Part shown: piece by piece, positions 39,525-48,700 of the stretch
Layout of the letters: every line of letters begins with the position of its first letter
Numbering within the stretch: the stretch's first letter is position 1
DNA from: a virus
Strand: one strand, 5' to 3'
IMG/VR virus record: IMGVR_UViG_3300008261_001864
Location: 35,444 to 99,443 of that record
DNA length: 64,000 nucleotides
Position numbers and translations under genes: made by a program
Notes under the pieces: generated by a model
The model's database searches: none
Seen by the model: the letters and a program-made list of their open reading frames with translations, nothing else
What the model was told of the DNA's origin: nothing

Positions 39525-40397
39525 TTATTGGAGGTCAAACAAAGGAATCCTCACTCGCATGAGAGTGCGGACCACCTCGGTGGCAAGGATGAGTGTTCCG
39601 TCGGGAGGACTCCACAACCAATCCCCCTCCACCGCCCACGCGGGGATGCCCCCCAACAGTACCTCGGCCTCGTTCAACAGCAAGGCGGCCCGCTCGATGT
39701 CGAAAGGGATGAAGGCGCTCTTGCGTGCCACAAGGGCTGGCAACAGGGAGCCTCGACGCCCTCCGAACAGGACCCCCTGATAGTACCCCTGCCGATACAA
39801 CTCGAACCACGCCTCGGGCAGGCTGCCCGTCGTCTCCGCAACCACAAAACCCCCACTGGCTTGATCGAGGATGGTGGGGGCAGGGAAAGGCGCTCCCAAG
39901 GAAGGCAGGGTCCCATCCCAAAGGTACGCTCGGACCCACGAGATCGCGGTCGGCAGGCGAGCGTTCACCTTCTCGGGCGTCAGGTCATCAGGGAAGTACC
40001 CTCGGATGAGCCTTATGAACTGCCCCACCTCGGGGGCCAGATGGCCGATGAAGGGGTACCCTCGACGGTGCATGAGGTCCACGCCCGACACAAAAGCCGC
40101 CGTACTCGGCAGTACCAAGAGGTCCCTGTGCAGGAACAGCGTGGCTGCCACCAGCACGTCCACGTCACGGGTACGGTTGAACACGAAGGCGCTTGGGGAT
40201 GGACGCCCCATCGACAGGTCCTCAAAGAGAGCCGTCAGGGCACCTGGGAACGCTGGGCCAAACCCTTGCCCGTGATGCTCGTAGCACCACAGGACGGGGC
40301 TGGCGACCTGTTCGATGCTGGCCCCCGTCTCGAACGTCAAAGCCTTCTCGACAATCGGAGGAGCCTTCTCGTCGTAATAGACCTTGAGTTCCAGCAT
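39525..40397 (-). CDS. DHH-like phosphoesterase-fold protein, probably degenerate
   Basis: YEHHG followed by DVD..VA; weak resemblance only. Confidence 0.4.
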   Translation of the reverse strand: MLELKVYYDEKAPPIVEKALTFETGASIEQVASPVLWCYEHHGQGFGPAFPGALTALFEDLSMGRPSPSAFVFNRTRDVDVLVAATLFLHRDLLVLPSTAAFVSGVDLMHRRGYPFIGHLAPEVGQFIRLIRGYFPDDLTPEKVNARLPTAISWVRAYLWDGTLPSLGAPFPAPTILDQASGGFVVAETTGSLPEAWFELYRQGYYQGVLFGGRRGSLLPALVARKSAFIPFDIERAALLLNEAEVLLGGIPAWAVEGDWLWSPPDGTLILATEVVRTLMRVRIPLFDLQ

Positions 40398-40420
40398 GGC
40401 AGAGTCTTACCCCACCCTGC

Positions 40421-40912
40421 CTAGCAGGGGCAATCGGGAAGGTACTGCTGCATACTCTGCCGTGGGATGTCGGGATAGACCCTGACCCGTCGGGCGCGGA
40501 AGTCGAGATCGGGCAGCGTGGGGTACGGGCAGAACTCACGCCCGTCCTTCGCGCAAACGTAGTCCGCAAACAGATACCAGATGTTGGTGGGGACCGGCTC
40601 ACTACCGGCCTCCCACGCCACCACGGTTGCCTCTGGGACCCCCACGAAGGTTCCCGCCTGCGCGGTAGAGAACTCAATGGCGTGCCGCATGAACTCGAAG
40701 GTCGGCCCCGACACCAAGCCCATGTGGGCAAGGGTCGAGGCCGCACGACGGTAAGCCGCCAAGGTGGCAACGGTCGAGAAAATGGGACCAGCCGAAGTCA
40801 GCCGCGCCTCAAGGGCTGCGACAAAGATGATGCCCGTCCTGCCGACGGGCATCTCGAAGTCCACCAGAACGTACTCGACTTCTTCGGCGGTTGGCCCGCA
40901 TGGAGTGGTCAT
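40421..40912 (-). CDS. XRE-type HTH protein (MqsA/HigA-like)
   Basis: GPTFEFMRHAIEFSTAQAGTFVGVPEATVVAWEAG fits HTH_XRE pattern. Confidence 0.55.
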   Translation of the reverse strand: MTTPCGPTAEEVEYVLVDFEMPVGRTGIIFVAALEARLTSAGPIFSTVATLAAYRRAASTLAHMGLVSGPTFEFMRHAIEFSTAQAGTFVGVPEATVVAWEAGSEPVPTNIWYLFADYVCAKDGREFCPYPTLPDLDFRARRVRVYPDIPRQSMQQYLPDCPC

Positions 40913-41526
40913 CGAGCGAAGATGGCGTACTCTTTCTCAGCCCACGCCAGTTGCTTGGGGGAGAGAAGGGCGTTCGGCCCCCGCATCCGTTGCAGCATAT
41001 CGGCAAAGATGCCCGAGTTACGGCTGCGCGACACGGCGAGGGCTTGCAGCATCGCCACCTGCCGGTCATGCTCCGACTTGGCCTCCTGCGGACGCTCCTG
41101 ACGGAACCGCTCCTGCTCCTCACGGACGGTGCCCTTGGCCCGCGCCTCCTCACGCTCCTTGGTGAGGTCCTCGAACTTCTCGATGGCGTCCTCGATACGC
41201 TTGCGGAGGTTATCCCGCCAGTTCTCGACGCGGTGGACGCGCTGCTCACGGCCAGCGAAAGGCCGCTTGGACTTGGTGTTCATGAGGGTGACTCGCATGG
41301 AGTCCTCCCCCTCACCTCGGGCGGCTTGCCCTGTGAACACCGAGGTCTGGACCTGGATGACGTTCGTGGGGTCCTCCGCGTCAGGGGTGAGGATGTAGAT
41401 GACCTCACCCCAACTCGACTTCTCGACACGGGGCTTCGTCGCACGGAAGGCTCGCCGGATCAGTTGGTCGATTTCCGGCAGCGTCACCGTGACGGCATGA
41501 GCGGCTTGGCGGTCCAGATACTTCAT
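40909..41526 (-). CDS. Hypothetical protein
   Basis: 205 aa, AGGAGG RBS, ATGA overlaps at both ends. Confidence 0.65.
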   Translation of the reverse strand: MKYLDRQAAHAVTVTLPEIDQLIRRAFRATKPRVEKSSWGEVIYILTPDAEDPTNVIQVQTSVFTGQAARGEGEDSMRVTLMNTKSKRPFAGREQRVHRVENWRDNLRKRIEDAIEKFEDLTKEREEARAKGTVREEQERFRQERPQEAKSEHDRQVAMLQALAVSRSRNSGIFADMLQRMRGPNALLSPKQLAWAEKEYAIFAR

Positions 41527-44500
41527 AGCGGCCTCCTATCGTAGCCATACGCGCCGGAACCGACGAGGGGGAGCGAGGCGGCGGTCTTTTGGGTGAAGTC
41601 GGTCAGGCCCGCGACCGCCTCATCGACATCCACGGGTTCCTCTGCGCCCAGATCAATCGGGTCCTGTGCCGACATGGGGGCCACAGCGCCAGGGGTAAGC
41701 GTCTCGGGCTTCGGCACGTTCTGGCCCATGCGTAGGCCAGCCTCACCAATGAACGGGCTGACCCCTCTGGGGCACATGACCGTCATGGTCTGCTTGGCGC
41801 GAGTGAGGCCCACATAGCCCAGCCGACGCTCCGACTCCATCTCCTGCTCGGGCGTCATCAGAGATTCCTCGGGGACCTCGTTGACAGCCAGCTTCTTCGA
41901 CTTGGCAACACGAGGGAACACTCCCTTGGGCATCAGCAGCGTAACGTCCTCCCACTCCGCACCCTTCGTGGAGTGGACGGTGCCCAGATAGACACCCGGA
42001 GGCGGCTTACGGTTGGAAAGCGGGACCCCCTCGCTGATCTGCTTCTTCTCCCACTCGTCGGGGTCGATGCGGAGTTCCTCGGCACGCTCGGCCAAGTTGT
42101 TGAACCGCCCGTAGAACTGCTTGGGGTCGCTGGGGTTGTACTCGGGGTCGAGATCGTTCGGCTCCATCATGAGTTTCACGAACTCAAGCGCCCCTAGCTT
42201 GGGCTTCTCGGAATCGTCGAGTTCGGCGTCCGTCTCGGATGCTTCCTGCTCGACCTTTGCGGAGATGCGGGCTTCCGTGGACTCACGGAAGGTGACAACC
42301 TTCTCCTGCCACTCTCTGGAGCCAGGGGGCGGGGGCGTCTTTTCCAGAATAGGCAGCGCCAACACCGCCTCGAACAGGTCCTTGGTCTTGAAGCTGGGGT
42401 CTTGGAGGAAGTCGCGGATTTGCGAGATGCCTTCCAAGAGGCCGTCGGCCGCCTGAGTGTTCTTTCTGGCAGCAAACGGGTGGACACCCAAGTGGGTAAA
42501 GAACCCCTCTAGGAACTTCGGGTTGCGATACGCCTCGTCAACGGGGTCAAACTCGGAGAGTTTTCGCCCTTCCTGCTTGCAGTAGGCAGCAAACGCCTGC
42601 TTGGTGTTACGCTGCGTGAGTTTCTTGTTCTCGTCCTTGTCGTCGGAGAACTTCGGCTTGAAAAGACCAGCCGAGACGAGCGTTTGAGCAAATGCGTCTT
42701 GGGCCTGCATGGGGCTTTCGGCCACCGCCGCCGTAGCGAACGCCTTGAAGGACTCGGTTTCGGGAACCGAGAACACAGCCGTGCCCTTCTTCTGGACGAA
42801 CGGGATGCCGAGGGTCGCACAGACCTGCTGATAGACGGCCAACTCGCCGTTGGTACGAGCGAGAACGGCGTGGTCCGACAGGGGCTTACCCTCGTTGCGG
42901 ACCGACAGGATTTTCTTGCCGAACTCTGCCGCCGCAACGGCCTCGTTGGCAGGGTCCTTCACGATGAGGTCAGCCTCACCACGCGCACGGTCGGGGCGGG
43001 CCTTGGCCTCCATCGGGATTTGGTTCTGGTTGTTGGCGATCAGCTTGTTGGCCGCATCGACAAACTCGGGGGCGCAGCGGTAGTTGGTGGTGATCTGACG
43101 ATCCTTGAACCCCTGCTTGTCGAGGGCGATGAACGCCTCGGGGTCCGCACCACGGAACTGGTAGATGCTCTGCTTGTCGTCACCCACCATCCAGAACGAC
43201 TTTTTGGGATCGTCCGTCGAAATATGCTCAGTCATGAGTTGCAGCACCTCAGACTGTAGGGGGTTCAAGTCCTGGCACTCATCCACCATGATGTGGTCGA
43301 TGTTGGCCTGCACGGACTTGCGAGCCGTAGGGTTGTCACGGATGACGTCGCGGAAAACCGACAGCATATCGTTGAAGTCACCGATGCGCGGCTTGCCTGC
43401 CCTGTAGAAGTCCACAAACTTTGAGGCAGCCGTCGAGGGACCCATCGGCTTGTCGGGGCACAGGTTGGGCTGCCAGCCAGGCCCAAGTGAACCCTTTAGA
43501 CCTTCGTATAGTTCGTAGAACTTGATCGCTTGCTTGGCCTCGATGGAGCCTTGCTCGGAAGCCCACGCCTGGGCCTCATCAAAACTCATCCCCTGCCCTT
43601 GGAAGATGTTGAGGTACGCCATCATGCGGCCCGACTTGGGCGGCATCTTCCAGAGTTCATCGGGGGGAAGTTCCCGCTCCTCCCCGTCCTTGTCGCCAGG
43701 GGGATCGCGGTCGATGTGGTCAAAGCACTCTTTCCAGATGTCCTTGGCGGCCTTGAAAAGGGCCGACGCACTTACCGCACCGCCCTTATCCCCCACCTTG
43801 GCAAACACGTCCCGCTGCGCGGGGGTGCCATACAGAGAGATGTACTTCAAGAAGGTCGAGTGCATGGTGCCGACCTGCACACCGTTCGACTTCGGACTCT
43901 TTGTGGTCGATACCCTATCAGGGCCGATCTTCGCGGCCATCTTGACGGCCAACTCGTCGGCGGCCTTCTTGTTGAAGGACATCGCCATCATACGGCTCGG
44001 CTGTGCCCCATTCTCGATGAGGTACTGGACACGGGCCAACAGTGTCGTGCTTTTACCCGAACCTGCACCGGCCGACACACGGACCTTGCCTCCCGTCATG
44101 GCCGCCGCACGCTGCTCAGGATCGAGGGTGCGGAGGGCAGGCGGGACGTTCTTGGGGTCATCGGGGTTGGCGGCGATTGCCGTGGCCGCCGCCGTCGCCA
44201 CACCAATGACCTCGGACTTCGTGAGGGTACGATCCTCCTCACCAGACTTCTCAAGCGCCTTACGGGCCGCCTCGGTGGCGTCCGTCTCAACCTTGGCGAG
44301 AGTGGCAACCTGCTGGTCACGCTGACCCACACTCTGGTCAGAGCCAGGCACGCCACCCTGCTGGACCTTACTGTTGAGAACGCTGTCGGTGGCGTCCGCA
44401 ACACCACGGGTGGCCTCTTGGACGGCACTCACGGTCGCCGTCCCAGGCGTCACAACAACTTCCGAGGCAAAGTCGATCCACCGCTCCAGCATCTTGTTCT

Positions 44501-45032
44501 TGAGCGTGAGTGCCGAGAAGCCGTTGAGGGCTTGGTCAGGGTCATCAATGCCCGCCGCATCAATGGCACCACGGGCTTCCGCAAGAGCCTTACGGTTCGT
44601 ACCAAAAATCTCCTTGAGGATGACCGGCTGCTTCATCACTAGCCGCAGCTTGAGAGCGCGGACAGGGATGCCTTCCTCGGTAGGCTTCGGACGCATCGCC
44701 GCCGCCAACAGCGACAACTTCGAGGTGTCGTCCTTGAGACGCTCCTTGAAGAAGGCTTCGACGGCCTCCAGATTTTGCATCTCCACTCGCCGTAGCAGGC
44801 TGATGCCCTTCTCAAGGATGTCGTCGGCCCGTGCGTAATCTACGTCGGGGCGCTGTGCATCGTGTGCGCCCTGTAGCCAACCGATGTAGCAGTCGAGGGC
44901 GAACACGAACACGATGTAGTCCGCGACCTGTAGTTCGCCCACGGCCTCCTCATCGTTCGCCTTCTTGGTGTGACGACGAGCGGGAGGTGTAGGCGGCAAG
45001 CTGTCGGAGATGTGTCGTCGGCTGTAGGTCAT
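41523..45032 (-). CDS. UvrD/PcrA/Rep-family SF1 DNA helicase with ~300-aa N-terminal extension
   Basis: AGAGSGKS, SFNKKAADEL, DECQD, VGDDKQSIYQFRGA, NYRC, LARTN, TVHSTKGAEW, ERRLGYVGLTRAK. Confidence 0.95.
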   Translation of the reverse strand: MTYSRRHISDSLPPTPPARRHTKKANDEEAVGELQVADYIVFVFALDCYIGWLQGAHDAQRPDVDYARADDILEKGISLLRRVEMQNLEAVEAFFKERLKDDTSKLSLLAAAMRPKPTEEGIPVRALKLRLVMKQPVILKEIFGTNRKALAEARGAIDAAGIDDPDQALNGFSALTLKNKMLERWIDFASEVVVTPGTATVSAVQEATRGVADATDSVLNSKVQQGGVPGSDQSVGQRDQQVATLAKVETDATEAARKALEKSGEEDRTLTKSEVIGVATAAATAIAANPDDPKNVPPALRTLDPEQRAAAMTGGKVRVSAGAGSGKSTTLLARVQYLIENGAQPSRMMAMSFNKKAADELAVKMAAKIGPDRVSTTKSPKSNGVQVGTMHSTFLKYISLYGTPAQRDVFAKVGDKGGAVSASALFKAAKDIWKECFDHIDRDPPGDKDGEERELPPDELWKMPPKSGRMMAYLNIFQGQGMSFDEAQAWASEQGSIEAKQAIKFYELYEGLKGSLGPGWQPNLCPDKPMGPSTAASKFVDFYRAGKPRIGDFNDMLSVFRDVIRDNPTARKSVQANIDHIMVDECQDLNPLQSEVLQLMTEHISTDDPKKSFWMVGDDKQSIYQFRGADPEAFIALDKQGFKDRQITTNYRCAPEFVDAANKLIANNQNQIPMEAKARPDRARGEADLIVKDPANEAVAAAEFGKKILSVRNEGKPLSDHAVLARTNGELAVYQQVCATLGIPFVQKKGTAVFSVPETESFKAFATAAVAESPMQAQDAFAQTLVSAGLFKPKFSDDKDENKKLTQRNTKQAFAAYCKQEGRKLSEFDPVDEAYRNPKFLEGFFTHLGVHPFAARKNTQAADGLLEGISQIRDFLQDPSFKTKDLFEAVLALPILEKTPPPPGSREWQEKVVTFRESTEARISAKVEQEASETDAELDDSEKPKLGALEFVKLMMEPNDLDPEYNPSDPKQFYGRFNNLAERAEELRIDPDEWEKKQISEGVPLSNRKPPPGVYLGTVHSTKGAEWEDVTLLMPKGVFPRVAKSKKLAVNEVPEESLMTPEQEMESERRLGYVGLTRAKQTMTVMCPRGVSPFIGEAGLRMGQNVPKPETLTPGAVAPMSAQDPIDLGAEEPVDVDEAVAGLTDFTQKTAASLPLVGSGAYGYDRRPL

Positions 45033-45058
45033 GGTGGCCCTCTCTTACACCGTGCGGC

Positions 45059-45070
45059 TCATAAAAAGAA
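45059..45070 (-). promoter_or_regulatory. Putative late-promoter motif TTCTTTTTATGA
   Basis: Pyrimidine run plus TT(A/G)T(G/C); similar motifs precede several other minus-strand genes. Confidence 0.45.
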
Positions 45071-45086
45071 CGGCAACGTGCTGGTC

Positions 45087-45125
45087 GGTTGATTTCTGGG
45101 AAGGTGCCTTCCTATGGAGAGCAGG
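45087..45125 (+). promoter_or_regulatory. Bipartite motif GGTTGATTTC-N11-CTTCCTAT-N5-GCAGG, copy 1
   Basis: Same three boxes and spacing as 57262..57300. Confidence 0.6.
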
Positions 45126-45134
45126 AGGCACGCC

Positions 45135-45515
45135 ATGAAGGTTCTGATGCACAAGGTCGGGTCGGTCGGATACGAACTGGTCGAAACCCGCCCCCTCAAC
45201 ACGGTCACTTGGGCGCGGCTGCGCGACGGCTCGTGGGGGCTGCGGTCGGAGGCCGTGCTGGTCCCAGGCGACATCGTGTGGGTCGCAACCAAGGCTGGCC
45301 GCAAGTCCAAGGTGACGGTCGGCCAGCAGGTGTGGGGCAACCACGAGTGCATCCTGTACCGCAAGGGTGAGGATGTCCGCAAGGCCGCGACGATGGCTCC
45401 CGTTGTGGATGCCGAGATCGCGGGCGAGCAGGCTGCCAATGACGGGGCCGACACCAAGGGCGTGCCCCGTTGCCCCTACTGCTGGGACGAGGCGTGCGCC
45501 GGTTGGTGCGCGTAG
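45135..45515 (+). CDS. Small hypothetical protein with C-terminal Cys cluster
   Basis: AGGAGG RBS before ATG 45135; TWARLRDGSWG...PGD.V.V.TKAG; CPYC...C...C. Confidence 0.7.
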   Translation: MKVLMHKVGSVGYELVETRPLNTVTWARLRDGSWGLRSEAVLVPGDIVWVATKAGRKSKVTVGQQVWGNHECILYRKGEDVRKAATMAPVVDAEIAGEQAANDGADTKGVPRCPYCWDEACAGWCA

Positions 45516-45520
45516 GCGGC

Positions 45521-45559
45521 AAAAGGAAACGGCCCCACCCCCGCGAGGGAGTGGGGCCG
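45521..45559 (-). terminator. Intrinsic terminator downstream of sheath gene
   Basis: Minus strand CGGCCCCACTCCC-TCGC-GGGGGTGGGGCCG then TTTCCTTTT (13-bp stem, one G-U). Confidence 0.8.
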
Positions 45560-45729
45560 AACCGTTTGTGGATGGTCCCCCACCACAAACAACCCCGCGA
45601 GGGAGTGCCGGGACCGAAACCTCACGGATTCCCAGCACTCTATCACGGATTGAGAACACCCTACGGGTCCAGCACGCCTTTTCTAAGGGGGCCGACAACT
45701 TCACAAAACCCCTATAAAATAGGTGGAAA

Positions 45730-48700
45730 CTAGAGCTGCGCTCTCAAATTGAACGTCAGGACGATGTATAAAAGTGGGAACACCGGCTGGTAGTACGCCT
45801 CGAACTGGAGGACCGTCGGATCGTTGGGGTCCACCGTAGAGGCGATGCCCGTGAAGGCCGCGACGATCTCGGCCTCGACCAACTGCTTGAACAGCGAGGT
45901 CATCGTCACTTCGACTTCTTGGGTACGGGACGCCAAGAACTTGGTACCGACGAAGTTATCAAGGACGATGCGGCTCTGCTGCTGAACGAAGTCCGCGATC
46001 TGGGTGACGGTCGGCAACCGAGTGAGGGCCGACGCCATGTTGGTGGTCAACCCCTGACGGATACGGATGAGGCCACCCGAGTCCTCCAGCAGGGTGACGC
46101 CCTTCACCGCCGTTTGGTTAGCCTCCACGGGGTCCATCACACGGGGGATGCCGGTGAACCCGAGGATACGACGACGGGTGTAGGGGGTCGCCACGTCCAC
46201 GGAGGGGCTGACCACCGCACCCGCGACAGCCGCCGCGATGAACGTACCATCCACGAGGTTGTCGTAGGACTGCCCCAACTCGTCCGTCAACGTCACGATG
46301 GCCGAGTCGGGGTAGTAGGCGACGACGCGGTTCGAGTTCAAGCCGGTCGCCACCGTGGCTGCCGTCTGGGGCGGGGTGTTGGCAGCAAACCCGATGAAGC
46401 CCATCCGTTCCGCTTGGTTCTGGATGAGGCTCTGCGTCTCACAATGCTGGGCCAACTGCGAGAACACGGCCGCCGAGGAGGTGAGAGGCACGATGATGTC
46501 GGGCTTCACACCACCCGTCAGCGGGAGGGTTAGCTCCTGTAGGGCGTTGATGTAGGACAAGTCGCTGGCCTGGTTGGTGTTGGGCACCTTGAGGACCTGC
46601 TTGATGCCCACCAGCAAGGCTCCGTTCAAGATGGCGAGGTAAGCCGCCAACGTGACACGGTTCTCAGCCGAGGTACGGCCGAAGTTCGCCTCGATGGTCT
46701 TTAGTTGCCGGAAGATGCGGGTCGAGTAGTCCTGCTTGAGGAACTTGTAGGACAGGTAGTACGGATCACCGATCTTCGGCTCGACGCCCGTGGGAGCAAA
46801 CGTCTGTAGCTTGCCGGTGTCGTTCGGGATGACGCCGACCGTGTTCGCCACCGTCAGTTCCATGCCAGGCACAGCGTAGAACGGAACCGCAGGGTTGACG
46901 TGGAAGGTCGGGCTGACCTCCATCGTGAACGAGCCACCCGTCGTGTAGGAACCCGTCGTGCTGGGCAGCACCGTGAACCGCAAGCCCGTCTGCGGGGCCG
47001 TGAAGGTTTGGCCCGGCACACCGTCACCCGACGAACCCGCCGCGCTGTTGGACGTCACCGTGAAGATGTCGGTGGCGTTCTGGCCCACGTCGCCGTCCGT
47101 CCCAGCCACCACCTTGGTGCCCGTCGTGGGGTTGAAGGCCGACGTAGTAGCGCCCGAGTCCACGAAGGCGACCGACGACGTTGCCGTGCCGACCGTCAGC
47201 GACTCGATGGTGATGTAGTTCAACCCCTCGATGCTGGACGGGTAAGCGATGCCCGCCGTCATGAAGGACGCCGTGTCGTTCAAGAGGTTGACCACCTCCT
47301 GCGCGGTCACGCGGGTCTGGTTCGCCATCTGGTTCTGGGTAAAGCCCAGCACCGAGTTGGCGTTGCCAGTGAGGATCACGAGCGACGACACATCGGAGTT
47401 CGTCGTGCTGGTGAGCCGCACCTTGTTGAGGTTCGGACCCGTCGCCACCGAGGCAACGCCCGGACAAGCGGCGTTGATGAACGATGCCACGGTGGCGGCC
47501 GTGACAGCCGCGCCGTTCGGGAACGTCACCGTGTAGTCCACACCGTTGACGCGCACCGAGAAGGTATCGTTCACACCCGTCGTGATGGCAAACGGACCCA
47601 CGACGCTACCCAGCAGCGTGGCGGGCTTGTTGGTGGCATCAATGGTCCCGAGAGCCTTCTGGAACGCCTTGAAGCCCAGCGTCGTCTGAGCGGTGCCCTG
47701 CTTGATATAGACGCTCGACACGTCATCGAAGTTTGCGGGCGTCGTCATCGACTTGATGTAGAAGATGATGTCGCCCGTGCCAGGGGTACCGGCAATCTGC
47801 ACGAACCCGCAGAGGTTGTTGGGGGCCGTACCCGCAAAAGCCGGATCAGCGTCGATGGCTGCGTTGATTTCGTTCTTGATCTGCGTGGGGGTACGGGTAC
47901 CCGTCGTCAGCGTCACCGAGATGTCAACCTCATCGACATCGAAGGACAACACCTCGTTGCCCGCCGAGATGATGACGTTACCGCCCGTGTCGGGGGTAAC
48001 GTGCTTACCAACCAGCATGGCAGGCGCAGCGTCAGCCAAGTTGGTGGCGTAGTTGACGTTGTTGAGTTTCGTGGTCCACGTCGCGGAGTACGGCGTGTAG
48101 AAGGAGTACGGCTCCGCGCCCTTGATGGTGTAGGCGGCGTTCGTCGGGTCCTTCTGGTCGAACGTCACCGTCACCGTCTCGCTGGCAGGCGTGCCGACGC
48201 CCGTGTGGAAGGCGTCAGGAACCCGCTCCGCTCCACGGGGCCACTGGACCGTCTCAGCCAAACCAGACTTGGTACCAAACCGCACCTGATAGAGGTTCGG
48301 GTTGTTGAGGCTCGACACCTCGTACTGTCCAACGCCCACGGCACCCGGCACCTTGCAGGTGAAGGTGTAGGAGTCATCCGCGACACGGCTGTAGTAGAAG
48401 GTCGCAAACGCCAAGTAGTCGGGCGGCACAGGGTCCTTGAGGGACACGAGGCGGTTCGCACCATCCACAGTCAGGACGGTCACCGCAGGACGGCTCATCG
48501 CATCCTGTAGATCGCGGCCGACGTACACCTCCACGAGGTCGGGGCGGTTGGTGGTGAGGTCCTGCCGACCGTTCGTGACTGCCTCAAAGACCGACATGGT
48601 GAGCGGGGTGTTACGCCCGTTACCCATCGTGGGAACTTCGGGGAGCAAGAAGTCCGTGGTCGAAACCGTCGCGGGCACGGTGGCGGTGTCGATGACCCGC

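Noticed and set aside
41523-45032. Intein in the enlarged helicase
   Set aside because: No intein splice-junction or LAGLIDADG motifs recognised; extra length is N-terminal plus short loops
45045-45704. 219-aa minus-strand ORF
   Set aside because: Overlaps a better plus-strand gene and a terminator; no RBS or protein-like motif
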